DNA of 15,715 bases, from positions 1-15,715 of IMG/VR virus record IMGVR_UViG_3300045988_034723; one strand, written 5' to 3'. Positions 5,784 through 12,726 of the stretch are shown in pieces. Numbering within the stretch: the first letter of the stretch is position 1; each line of letters begins with the position of its first letter. This DNA is from a virus. A model generated the notes under the pieces. The model was not told the origin of the DNA. It worked only from the letters and a program-made list of their open reading frames with translations, and searched no databases. Position numbers and translations under genes: made by a program.

Positions 5784-5800
5784 GATAAATTTGATATAAT
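5772..5800 (+). promoter_or_regulatory. Promoter of the lysis/morphogenesis operon (perfect consensus with extended -10)
   Basis: TTGACA (5772-5777), 17-bp spacer, TGa, TATAAT (5795-5800). Its -35 box abuts the -35 box of the divergent ATPase promoter (TTGAC-AA-GTCAA). Confidence 0.8.
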
Positions 5801-5823
5801 AAAAGGTAGGAAGGAGGTTCCAC

Positions 5824-6015
5824 ATGAATGATATTGTAAGTATCATCAGTACGGTTGGTTTCCCAATTGCTCTTACCCTGATTCTGTTATGGTACATCTA
5901 TGACAGCAGCAATAAGCACAAGGAAGAAATCGACAAAATTTCAGAAGCATTGAATAACAACACTATTGCGCTGACAAAACTGTTAGACAGAATGGAGAGT
6001 GACAAACATGTTTAA
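5824..6015 (+). CDS. Holin, BhlA/UviB-like (63 aa, one N-terminal TM segment plus a charged coiled C-terminus)
   Basis: SD GGAGG is upstream. It has a TM segment IISTVGFPIALTLILLWYIY followed by a K/E-rich helix, and lies immediately upstream of the endolysin. Confidence 0.7.
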   Translation: MNDIVSIISTVGFPIALTLILLWYIYDSSNKHKEEIDKISEALNNNTIALTKLLDRMESDKHV

Positions 6016-6655
6016 GGGGATTGATGTTTCCAGGCACCAAGGGGAGATTGATTGGGAGAAAGTAATCGGTTCTGAGCATTCAGATTTCGCTATCATCCGT
6101 GCTGGGTTTGGAAACAATAATGCTGATGCTCAGGCACATCGTAACGTAGAATGGTGCGAGAAGCTTGGTATACCATATGGGTTGTACTGGTTCAGTTACG
6201 CATTGCATCCAGATATGGCTAAACGGGAAGCTGAACATTTACTTAACTTTGTCGGCTCAAGAAGGCCATCATACCCTCTGGTCTATGACTTTGAGTATGA
6301 TAGCGTAACGCACTGTAACAAGAATGGAGTTAAGGTAACCCGTGATTTTGTTCTTAAGTGTACAGAAGCATTCTGTGAACGCTTGGAAGAATCAGGATTC
6401 TATGCTATGTTCTACTCTAACAACGACTATTACCAGAGGTATTACCAGGGTTCCAGATGCGCAGAAAAGTATGACATGTGGTTCGCACGTTACGCCGCTA
6501 ATCCCGGCAGACCAGTAACCTTATGGCAAACATCAGAATCCGGTAAGATACCAGGCATAGCAGGACGGTGCGACCTTGACCAGACAGAAAGGGATTACCC
6601 TTCTATCATTATCCGTAACAATCTTAACAATTGGAAGGATGTTTTACATGGCTAA
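6008..6655 (+). CDS. Endolysin, glycoside hydrolase family 25 muramidase (catalytic domain only)
   Basis: N-terminal FKGIDVSRHQGEIDWEKV is the classic GH25 signature. ATG 6008 has SD GGAGAG 8 nt upstream; the ORF-track start at 5999 is GTG. No recognisable cell-wall-binding domain. Confidence 0.85.
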   Translation: MFKGIDVSRHQGEIDWEKVIGSEHSDFAIIRAGFGNNNADAQAHRNVEWCEKLGIPYGLYWFSYALHPDMAKREAEHLLNFVGSRRPSYPLVYDFEYDSVTHCNKNGVKVTRDFVLKCTEAFCERLEESGFYAMFYSNNDYYQRYYQGSRCAEKYDMWFARYAANPGRPVTLWQTSESGKIPGIAGRCDLDQTERDYPSIIIRNNLNNWKDVLHG

Positions 6656-7646
6656 TATCCAGGTTGCCTATAATTGGGCCATAGAAGTATGCAACAAACC
6701 GAATGTCGGATACTCTCAGCAGTACCGAAACCAGCGCACTGTTAACGGCATAACCTATTATGATTGTTCATCATTCATATGGTATGCGCTGATAGCAGGA
6801 GGTTGGGATTTAGAATCGAAATACGGAACATGGCCCTTTACCACATCCACCATGGCTAACATTTTAGTACAGGAGGGATTCACACGTCATGAACCATCAG
6901 TCCCATGGCTGAAAGGGGATATCCTTCTCAGGTCTACCCACACTGAAATGGCGTTCGATGTGACAAGAACCATGGGCGCGCATACCAGCACAGTCCCGTT
7001 AGACCAGCAGGTATCAATTAATGCGAATGATTCCCGTGGTAACTGGTTGCACTTATACCGTTATGGACAGGGGGCAATCAGTGAGTGGATTAAAGGCAAC
7101 CGTTATCTTGCTATAGGCGAGATGCAGAACAACGCTACCATCCAGTTTGCATACTTTATGGATAAGGGATGGACAGCAAACGCCGTGGCGGGAATGCTAG
7201 GCAACCAACAAGTGGAATCAACCCTAAACCCAGGCATATGGCAGAACCTTACACCGGGTACTGGGGGTTTTGGTTTAGTACAATGGACACCTTCCACCAA
7301 CTATACCGATTGGGCTGACCAACATGGTTACGCCCACGATGATGGTAACGGTCAGATGGAGTGGATAGATACAGAAACTGTGCCATTCGGTCAATGGATA
7401 CCTACATCACAATACCCGGAGACATTCGCAGAGTTCAAGGTAAGCACTGAGACACCGGAATATCTTGCAGACTGTTTCCTAAAGAATTTTGAGCGTCCGT
7501 CTGAAATCGACCAACCGAAAAGACAGGAATACGCAAGGTATTGGTATGACTGGTATGAAGGACACTACGTGCCGCCGCCCAATCCTAAACCGGAACCTGA
7601 TTGGCGGCACCGTATGCCATTGTACATGTATTTAAGAAAATTTTAA
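6648..7646 (+). CDS. Tail-associated peptidoglycan hydrolase: N-terminal NlpC/P60-type cysteine peptidase plus C-terminal phage-tail-lysozyme-like domain (functional analogue of phi29 gp13)
   Basis: YYDCSSFIWYAL (catalytic Cys) and GDILLRSTHTEMAF (His). The C-terminal AGMLGNQQVESTLNP...GGFGLVQWT resembles the phage tail lysozyme domain. ATG 6648 has SD GGAAGGA; the ORF-track start at 6576 overlaps the endolysin gene and lacks an SD. Confidence 0.75.
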   Translation: MANIQVAYNWAIEVCNKPNVGYSQQYRNQRTVNGITYYDCSSFIWYALIAGGWDLESKYGTWPFTTSTMANILVQEGFTRHEPSVPWLKGDILLRSTHTEMAFDVTRTMGAHTSTVPLDQQVSINANDSRGNWLHLYRYGQGAISEWIKGNRYLAIGEMQNNATIQFAYFMDKGWTANAVAGMLGNQQVESTLNPGIWQNLTPGTGGFGLVQWTPSTNYTDWADQHGYAHDDGNGQMEWIDTETVPFGQWIPTSQYPETFAEFKVSTETPEYLADCFLKNFERPSEIDQPKRQEYARYWYDWYEGHYVPPPNPKPEPDWRHRMPLYMYLRKF

Positions 7647-7656
7647 GGAGGTAAAC

Positions 7657-7971
7657 ATGGCAGTTTTAGACAGGGACAAATTTTTTGAACGCATCAGGGA
7701 ACGGCTTGGAGAAGACGATTCCGAAGAAGCCTTATCCTATTTAGAGGATATGACTGACACCTGGGATGACCTTGAAGCAAGGGCTCGCAGGGAAGGACAG
7801 GAAGACTGGGAAGAGAAGTACAACAACCTGGATGCTGAGTGGCGCAAGCGTTACAGGGATAGGTTCTTTAACACCCCGGAAGGTGCAAAGGAGGACCAGG
7901 AAGAGGATGTTAAGGACGACGGTAAAGTACGTAGCTTTGAAACATTATTTGAAGAAAGGGAGGGCGAGTAA
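7657..7971 (+). CDS. Scaffolding protein (phi29 gp7-like by position and composition), 104 aa
   Basis: Highly acidic, predicted helical and about 100 aa, lying directly upstream of the major capsid gene. SD AAGGAGG. Confidence 0.6.
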   Translation: MAVLDRDKFFERIRERLGEDDSEEALSYLEDMTDTWDDLEARARREGQEDWEEKYNNLDAEWRKRYRDRFFNTPEGAKEDQEEDVKDDGKVRSFETLFEEREGE

Positions 7972-9426
7972 ATGCCTATTAAACCAGAGAAAGTCACAAT
8001 GAACACCGTGACCGCAAATGCGGCACAGCAGTACAGGGCAGAAGCGACTAACGCAAACCTCGAGGGAGTAAGCAACATGAGGTTGGCAACAGCGCAGATT
8101 CTTAACACAATCAGAGACAATGCATCCGCTAACTATAGGGATTACATCCCGGAAGCAGACCCCATCAGTCAGGCAAGCGTAAGACAGATTGGCGGTATTA
8201 TCATGAACTACCCGGCCTTACAGAATGAGTTCCTTAACGCACTCATGAACCGTATCGGTCGCGTGCTGATAACTTCCAAGATGTTCTACAATCCATGGTC
8301 TGGTCTTAAGAAAGGCCTGCTTGAGTTTGGCGAGACAGTGGAAGAGATTTTTGTGAACATAGCAAAGCCTTTCCAGTTCGACCCGGCAGTAGCTGAGACT
8401 GATGTATTTAAGCGTGAAATCCCGGACGTGCGTGCGGCTTTTCACATCCTTAACTATCAGAAGTTTTATAAAGCCACAATCAGCAATGACCAGCTTAGAC
8501 AGGCGTTCCTGTCATGGCAGGGAATCACAGACCTGATTGCAAAGATTGTTGACAGCATGTATACAGGTGCAAACTACGATGAGTTCCTGACCATGAAATA
8601 CATGTTGGCACGCAACATCTTACAGGGCCGCATGAACGTAACTGAGATTGCACCCGTGACCGCTGAGAACGCTAAAACCATCGTTTCAACCATTAAGGGT
8701 GTAAGCAACGTTTGGGAGTTCCCGTCCACAAAATACAACCTGTCAGGTGTTACCACACAGACAGAAAAGCGTGACCAGATTCTGCTGATTAACGCTAAAT
8801 TTGACGCACTCATGGATGTGGAAGTACTCGCCGCCGCCTTCAATATGGAAAAGGCAGAGTTCATGGGCAACCGGGTTCTGGTTGACAGCTTCGGCTCACT
8901 TGATACGGCAAGGCTGGAAATCCTGTTTAAGGATGACCCCAACTTCGTTCCGATTAGTCAGGCAGAGTTACAGGCACTTGATGCCATCCCCGTGGTTATG
9001 GTTGATAGGGATTGGTTCATGATTTTTGACAACTTCTACAACTTCACTGAGAATTACAACGGTCAGGGGTTGTACTGGAACTACTTCTATCACACCTGGA
9101 AAACGTTCAGCGTTTCCCCGTTTGCAAACAACACGATTTACGTTGGAGGTGCGCCAAGCGTGACAAGCGTAACCGTTTCTCCTGCAACCGCCACAGTCGT
9201 TAAAGGACAGACCATTAAACTTGCCGCAACCGTGGTGACGACAAACTTTGCCCCTAAGTCAGTGGTATGGGCATTGACAGGTGCTACTTCTTCAGATACA
9301 CACATTGACATTTACGGTAACCTTTATGTGGGTGAGAATGAAACAGCCGATACCATAACGGTTACTGCAACATCAACCTTTGACAGCGCAAAGGATGGAA
9401 GTGCAACCATTACCGTCACGGAATAA
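7972..9426 (+). CDS. Major capsid protein (phi29 gp8-like) with a C-terminal Big_2 Ig-like domain
   Basis: Blocks VLAAAFNM, VDRDWFMIFDN, GLYWNYFYHTWKTFSVSPFAN match the remembered phi29 gp8. The C-terminal VTSVTVSPATATVVKGQTIKL...TITVTATS is Big_2-like. Confidence 0.9.
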   Translation: MPIKPEKVTMNTVTANAAQQYRAEATNANLEGVSNMRLATAQILNTIRDNASANYRDYIPEADPISQASVRQIGGIIMNYPALQNEFLNALMNRIGRVLITSKMFYNPWSGLKKGLLEFGETVEEIFVNIAKPFQFDPAVAETDVFKREIPDVRAAFHILNYQKFYKATISNDQLRQAFLSWQGITDLIAKIVDSMYTGANYDEFLTMKYMLARNILQGRMNVTEIAPVTAENAKTIVSTIKGVSNVWEFPSTKYNLSGVTTQTEKRDQILLINAKFDALMDVEVLAAAFNMEKAEFMGNRVLVDSFGSLDTARLEILFKDDPNFVPISQAELQALDAIPVVMVDRDWFMIFDNFYNFTENYNGQGLYWNYFYHTWKTFSVSPFANNTIYVGGAPSVTSVTVSPATATVVKGQTIKLAATVVTTNFAPKSVVWALTGATSSDTHIDIYGNLYVGENETADTITVTATSTFDSAKDGSATITVTE

Positions 9427-9435
9427 TATGATTAA

Positions 9436-9457
9436 GGCCCCTGGTTCTCCGGGGGCC
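9436..9457 (+). other. GC-rich hairpin between the capsid and tail-knob genes
   Basis: GGCCCCTGG-TTCT-CCGGGGGCC: a 9-bp stem (one T.G wobble) with a tetraloop and no T-tail. It ends 3 nt before the SD GGAGGA of the next gene. Confidence 0.5.
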
Positions 9458-9472
9458 AATGGAGGATTAAGA

Positions 9473-10987
9473 ATGTATGTAGCCCCAAACAGTAATGTCA
9501 GGGTACTTAAGAATGTACCAGTTGACAATACTTATCGTAATACAATCTATTTTTCAACGGCGGCAGCACAGGCGGCTTATTTCACCACGCTTACAAAATT
9601 TAACAATCCTGCTCTGTCATACGTTAATCTTAATGAGCCAATCATGATTGGTATTAACGCAGAACAATTGTATGATTGTAATTACATGATGTTTCAGAAC
9701 GCATCCTTTGGTACAAAATGGTTCTACGCTTTCATTACATCTGTTAAGTATATCAACAACGAAACGTCTGAGATTACGATGGAAATTGACGTGATGCAGA
9801 CGTGGTTCTTTGATTATACAGTTAATCCGTCATTCGTGGTTAGGGAACACTCACTGACAGATGGCATAGGTGAGAACCTTGTGCCAGAAGATTTAGAGTT
9901 AGGAGAATACATCTACGATACGGCGTTTAGGACGGATTACATGAACGACTATTCAGTGGTAGTAGCGGCAACCGTTGATAGCACCGGACAGCCTGGAACA
10001 AGCACAGGTGGATATGGTAACATCTATTCTGGTTGTTGGCTACACGTATTTGACACGTTTCCAGCCGTGGCGGTGTTCCTTGATAAACTTGTTAACGATA
10101 ACAAGGCGGACGCTGTAGTATCTATTTTCATGATGCCGTCAAGCTTCACCACAGCAATGGGTTCCCCGGCTAAACACTATACCATAGAGCGTGACAAACA
10201 GCGTGGAAGCATTGATGGCTATACCCCAAAGAACAACAAGTTATTCACATACCCATACTGTTTCCTATATGTAACTAATCTCATGGGTAATAGCGCAACC
10301 TACAAATATGAGTACTTTAACTCAGCAAATTGCGTGTTTGACTTTGCAATGGATATGTCCCCTAACCCTACCGGGATGCTCACGCCATTAGGATACAAGA
10401 ACGTTGGGGCTAACTACAACGAGTCCATGACAATCAGCGGATTCCCTCAGTGCTCATTCACCACTGACACATATAGGGCGTGGCTTGCTCAGAACGGTTC
10501 CAGCATGACCATTGATATGCTGGGTAGTGCCATGGCGGCTTCGGTCGGTGCAATTACAGGTGGTCCTATCGGCGCAATAGGTGCGGTGGGTGGATTCACT
10601 AACGTGGCTAAAACACTCGCACGTGTTAACGCTATATCCGCACAGCCACCGCAATCACATGGCTCTCAATCAAATACTGCACAGGTTGCGTTTTCAGTTA
10701 AGGATTTCTGGTTCTTAAACTATCACATTAGGGCTGAGTTCGCGAAAATCATAGATGATTACTTTAACACATATGGTTACGCGACCCATAGAGTTAAGGT
10801 CCCCAACCGCAGTCAAAGGCCACATTGGAATTATGTAAAGACACAAAACTCTAACCTGACAGGCAGTGTTCCAGCAGAAGATATGGCTAAACTTAGAGGG
10901 ATATACGACAACGGGTTGACGTTTTGGAAGAACGGTTCAGAAGTTGGTAACTACGGATTGGATAACAGAGTGGGAGGAGGCGCATAA
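9473..10987 (+). CDS. Tail knob / distal tube protein (phi29 gp9-like), 504 aa
   Basis: NVRVLKNVPVDNTYRNTIYF and YMMFQNASFGTKWFYAFIT...EIDVMQTWFFDY...FVVREH match the remembered gp9 N-terminus. A Gly/Ala-rich hydrophobic loop (AMAASVGAITGGPIGAIGAVGG) fits the membrane-inserting loop. SD GGAGGA lies 6 nt before ATG 9473; the ORF-track start at 9380 overlaps the capsid gene. Confidence 0.85.
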   Translation: MYVAPNSNVRVLKNVPVDNTYRNTIYFSTAAAQAAYFTTLTKFNNPALSYVNLNEPIMIGINAEQLYDCNYMMFQNASFGTKWFYAFITSVKYINNETSEITMEIDVMQTWFFDYTVNPSFVVREHSLTDGIGENLVPEDLELGEYIYDTAFRTDYMNDYSVVVAATVDSTGQPGTSTGGYGNIYSGCWLHVFDTFPAVAVFLDKLVNDNKADAVVSIFMMPSSFTTAMGSPAKHYTIERDKQRGSIDGYTPKNNKLFTYPYCFLYVTNLMGNSATYKYEYFNSANCVFDFAMDMSPNPTGMLTPLGYKNVGANYNESMTISGFPQCSFTTDTYRAWLAQNGSSMTIDMLGSAMAASVGAITGGPIGAIGAVGGFTNVAKTLARVNAISAQPPQSHGSQSNTAQVAFSVKDFWFLNYHIRAEFAKIIDDYFNTYGYATHRVKVPNRSQRPHWNYVKTQNSNLTGSVPAEDMAKLRGIYDNGLTFWKNGSEVGNYGLDNRVGGGA

Positions 10988-11896
10988 ATGGCTAGAGGGC
11001 ATAACAACGTAAACGGGCCAAAGGGCGACAGGGAGTTCTGGAATGCCAAGAAATGTAATGACTGGACGTTCATACAATACTACAACCGTTTGGTTGACCT
11101 GTGCATATCTCAGTTTGAGTGGATTAACTTACCACCAACCTGCGACAGAAGGTTCCTTGAACTTACGCTTATGGCAGATGGCATGGCCGTGTTCTTTAGG
11201 GATGAAATCATGGGCTACCTGTCATTGCAATGTATGATATCAGGTCCGCTTGATGTATACAGGATACCTATCTTACGCAGAGCCTACGCTAGTAACGGCT
11301 ATCAAATGCCGCTAGATAATTTAAATAGTGTGCTTATCTTTAACAACTCACTGCACACAAACAGTCAGTTGGATATCGAGATGTATGCTTGGAGATTATA
11401 CGAAGTACAGAGGGCAATCGACACCAATATAAAATTACAGAAAACCCCAAAGATTGTTAAGTGTTCCGAAAATCAGCGGTTGACCATTATCAATCTGTTT
11501 AAACAGTACGAGGGTAACTATCCGTTCATATTTGCTGACAAGGCAATGGACTTGAAGGGCCTGGAATCAATTGACATAGCGGCACCTTATGTGTCTGATA
11601 AATTGATGGTTATAAAACAGCAGATATGGGACGAAGCTATGACATATCTTGGAATAGCTAACACTAACACATCAAAACGTGAAAGACTTAACACGTCTGA
11701 GATATCGGTAGGAATGGGGGATGTGGAAGCACAGAGATATACTCGATTGATGGAAAGAGAGATTGCTGTTGAAAGGATTAATGCCATGTTTGGTCTTGAC
11801 ATGGAAGTTAGATACAAACAGGTAATACCAACATTGCCGGATAACCTGGAAGATGGCGAAGAAGTAGAAACTGAGGAAAAGGAGGTTGACGAATGA
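10988..11896 (+). CDS. Portal / head-tail connector (upper collar, phi29 gp10-like), 302 aa
   Basis: FEWINLPPT, QKTPKIV...NQRLTIINLFKQYEGNYPFIFA and APYVSDKL match the remembered gp10 blocks. SD GGAGGAGG. Confidence 0.9.
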   Translation: MARGHNNVNGPKGDREFWNAKKCNDWTFIQYYNRLVDLCISQFEWINLPPTCDRRFLELTLMADGMAVFFRDEIMGYLSLQCMISGPLDVYRIPILRRAYASNGYQMPLDNLNSVLIFNNSLHTNSQLDIEMYAWRLYEVQRAIDTNIKLQKTPKIVKCSENQRLTIINLFKQYEGNYPFIFADKAMDLKGLESIDIAAPYVSDKLMVIKQQIWDEAMTYLGIANTNTSKRERLNTSEISVGMGDVEAQRYTRLMEREIAVERINAMFGLDMEVRYKQVIPTLPDNLEDGEEVETEEKEVDE

Positions 11897-12726
11897 GTGT
11901 ATACACAACACAAGTTAGGTTTATCTGTGAGACAGAAGCCGGGCTTAAGAAAAGCGTTGGATACGATGATGTTGAAACGGTCATTCAGAATGCCATACCT
12001 AAAATATTCAGCTTCGATTGGCCTATATTTGACGAGACTTACAGGAACGTGCTTGAAACAAAAATCCTTAAGCACTACTACACTCGGGAGATTGGGTTGG
12101 AAACGTATGGCCTGTGGAAACTTAAACTGGACACTAAACTTAACGAGATTATGCCGTATTATAACCAGTTGTACAGAAGTGCCCTGTTGGATTTCAACCC
12201 ATTTTACGATGTTGACCTGACCAGGAATCACACTGGTAAGAAAACAGGCACAGAAGCTTTGAAGGGCAACGTAGATATTAATGGACAGGTAATAGTTGAC
12301 AACCACGGGAATGTTAACACAACTGACAATACCACGGTAAACAATACAACTACGTCTGAAAACTTGGATAAGTATTCGGCAACCCCTCAGGGTGGATTAG
12401 ATAACTTAAAGAACGACAAGTATCTGACAAATGCAAGAATGATTACAGATGCAAATAACAGCAACGGAACAACAAACGGAAAAACAGATACCAGCACGGA
12501 CAGTACAACGGACACGACTACAAACACAACAACTGTCACGAATAATAACACAACCATAAACAATACTGAGGATTATTTAGAAACAGTTAAGGGCAAACAA
12601 GGAACTCAAAGTTACGCTGGATTGCTGTTGGAGTTTAGGGAAACTTTCCTTAACATAGACATGATGGTGATAGAGGACTTGAGTGAATTGTTTATGAATA
12701 TATGGACAGGGGGTTATCCATTTTGA
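11893..12726 (+). CDS. Lower collar protein (phi29 gp11-like by synteny) with an internal Asn/Thr-rich low-complexity insertion
   Basis: ATGA start/stop overlap with the portal gene and SD AAGGAGG. It sits between portal and tailspike, as gp11 does. The N/T-rich tract is encoded at about 12290-12570. Confidence 0.6.
   Translation: MSVYTTQVRFICETEAGLKKSVGYDDVETVIQNAIPKIFSFDWPIFDETYRNVLETKILKHYYTREIGLETYGLWKLKLDTKLNEIMPYYNQLYRSALLDFNPFYDVDLTRNHTGKKTGTEALKGNVDINGQVIVDNHGNVNTTDNTTVNNTTTSENLDKYSATPQGGLDNLKNDKYLTNARMITDANNSNGTTNGKTDTSTDSTTDTTTNTTTVTNNNTTINNTEDYLETVKGKQGTQSYAGLLLEFRETFLNIDMMVIEDLSELFMNIWTGGYPF

Noticed and set aside
6576-6647. Upstream ATG (6576) extending the tail lysin by 24 aa
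   Set aside because: The extension overlaps the end of the GH25 gene by 80 nt and lacks an SD. ATG 6648 has GGAAGGA at proper spacing and gives a sensible N-terminus.
7766-8120. Alternative-frame ORFs (78 aa on +, 89 aa on -) spanning the scaffold/capsid junction
   Set aside because: They overlap well-supported genes, lack SDs, and have skewed compositions typical of off-frame translation of acidic-protein genes.
8574-8942. 122-aa minus-strand ORF inside the major capsid gene
   Set aside because: It is antisense to a gene with strong motif support and has no translation signals.
9380-9472. Upstream start (9380 or 9428) extending the tail-knob protein
   Set aside because: The extension overlaps the capsid gene and reads through the GC-rich hairpin. 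ATG 9473 has SD GGAGGA, and its N-terminus (MYVAPNSNVRVL) matches the gp9-like N-terminal motif.
11587-12306. 239-aa minus-strand ORF antisense to the portal and lower-collar genes
   Set aside because: It is fully embedded antisense in two genes with strong phi29-family motif support. It has no SD or promoter, and its translation is low-complexity and hydrophobic. This looks like a typical shadow ORF.
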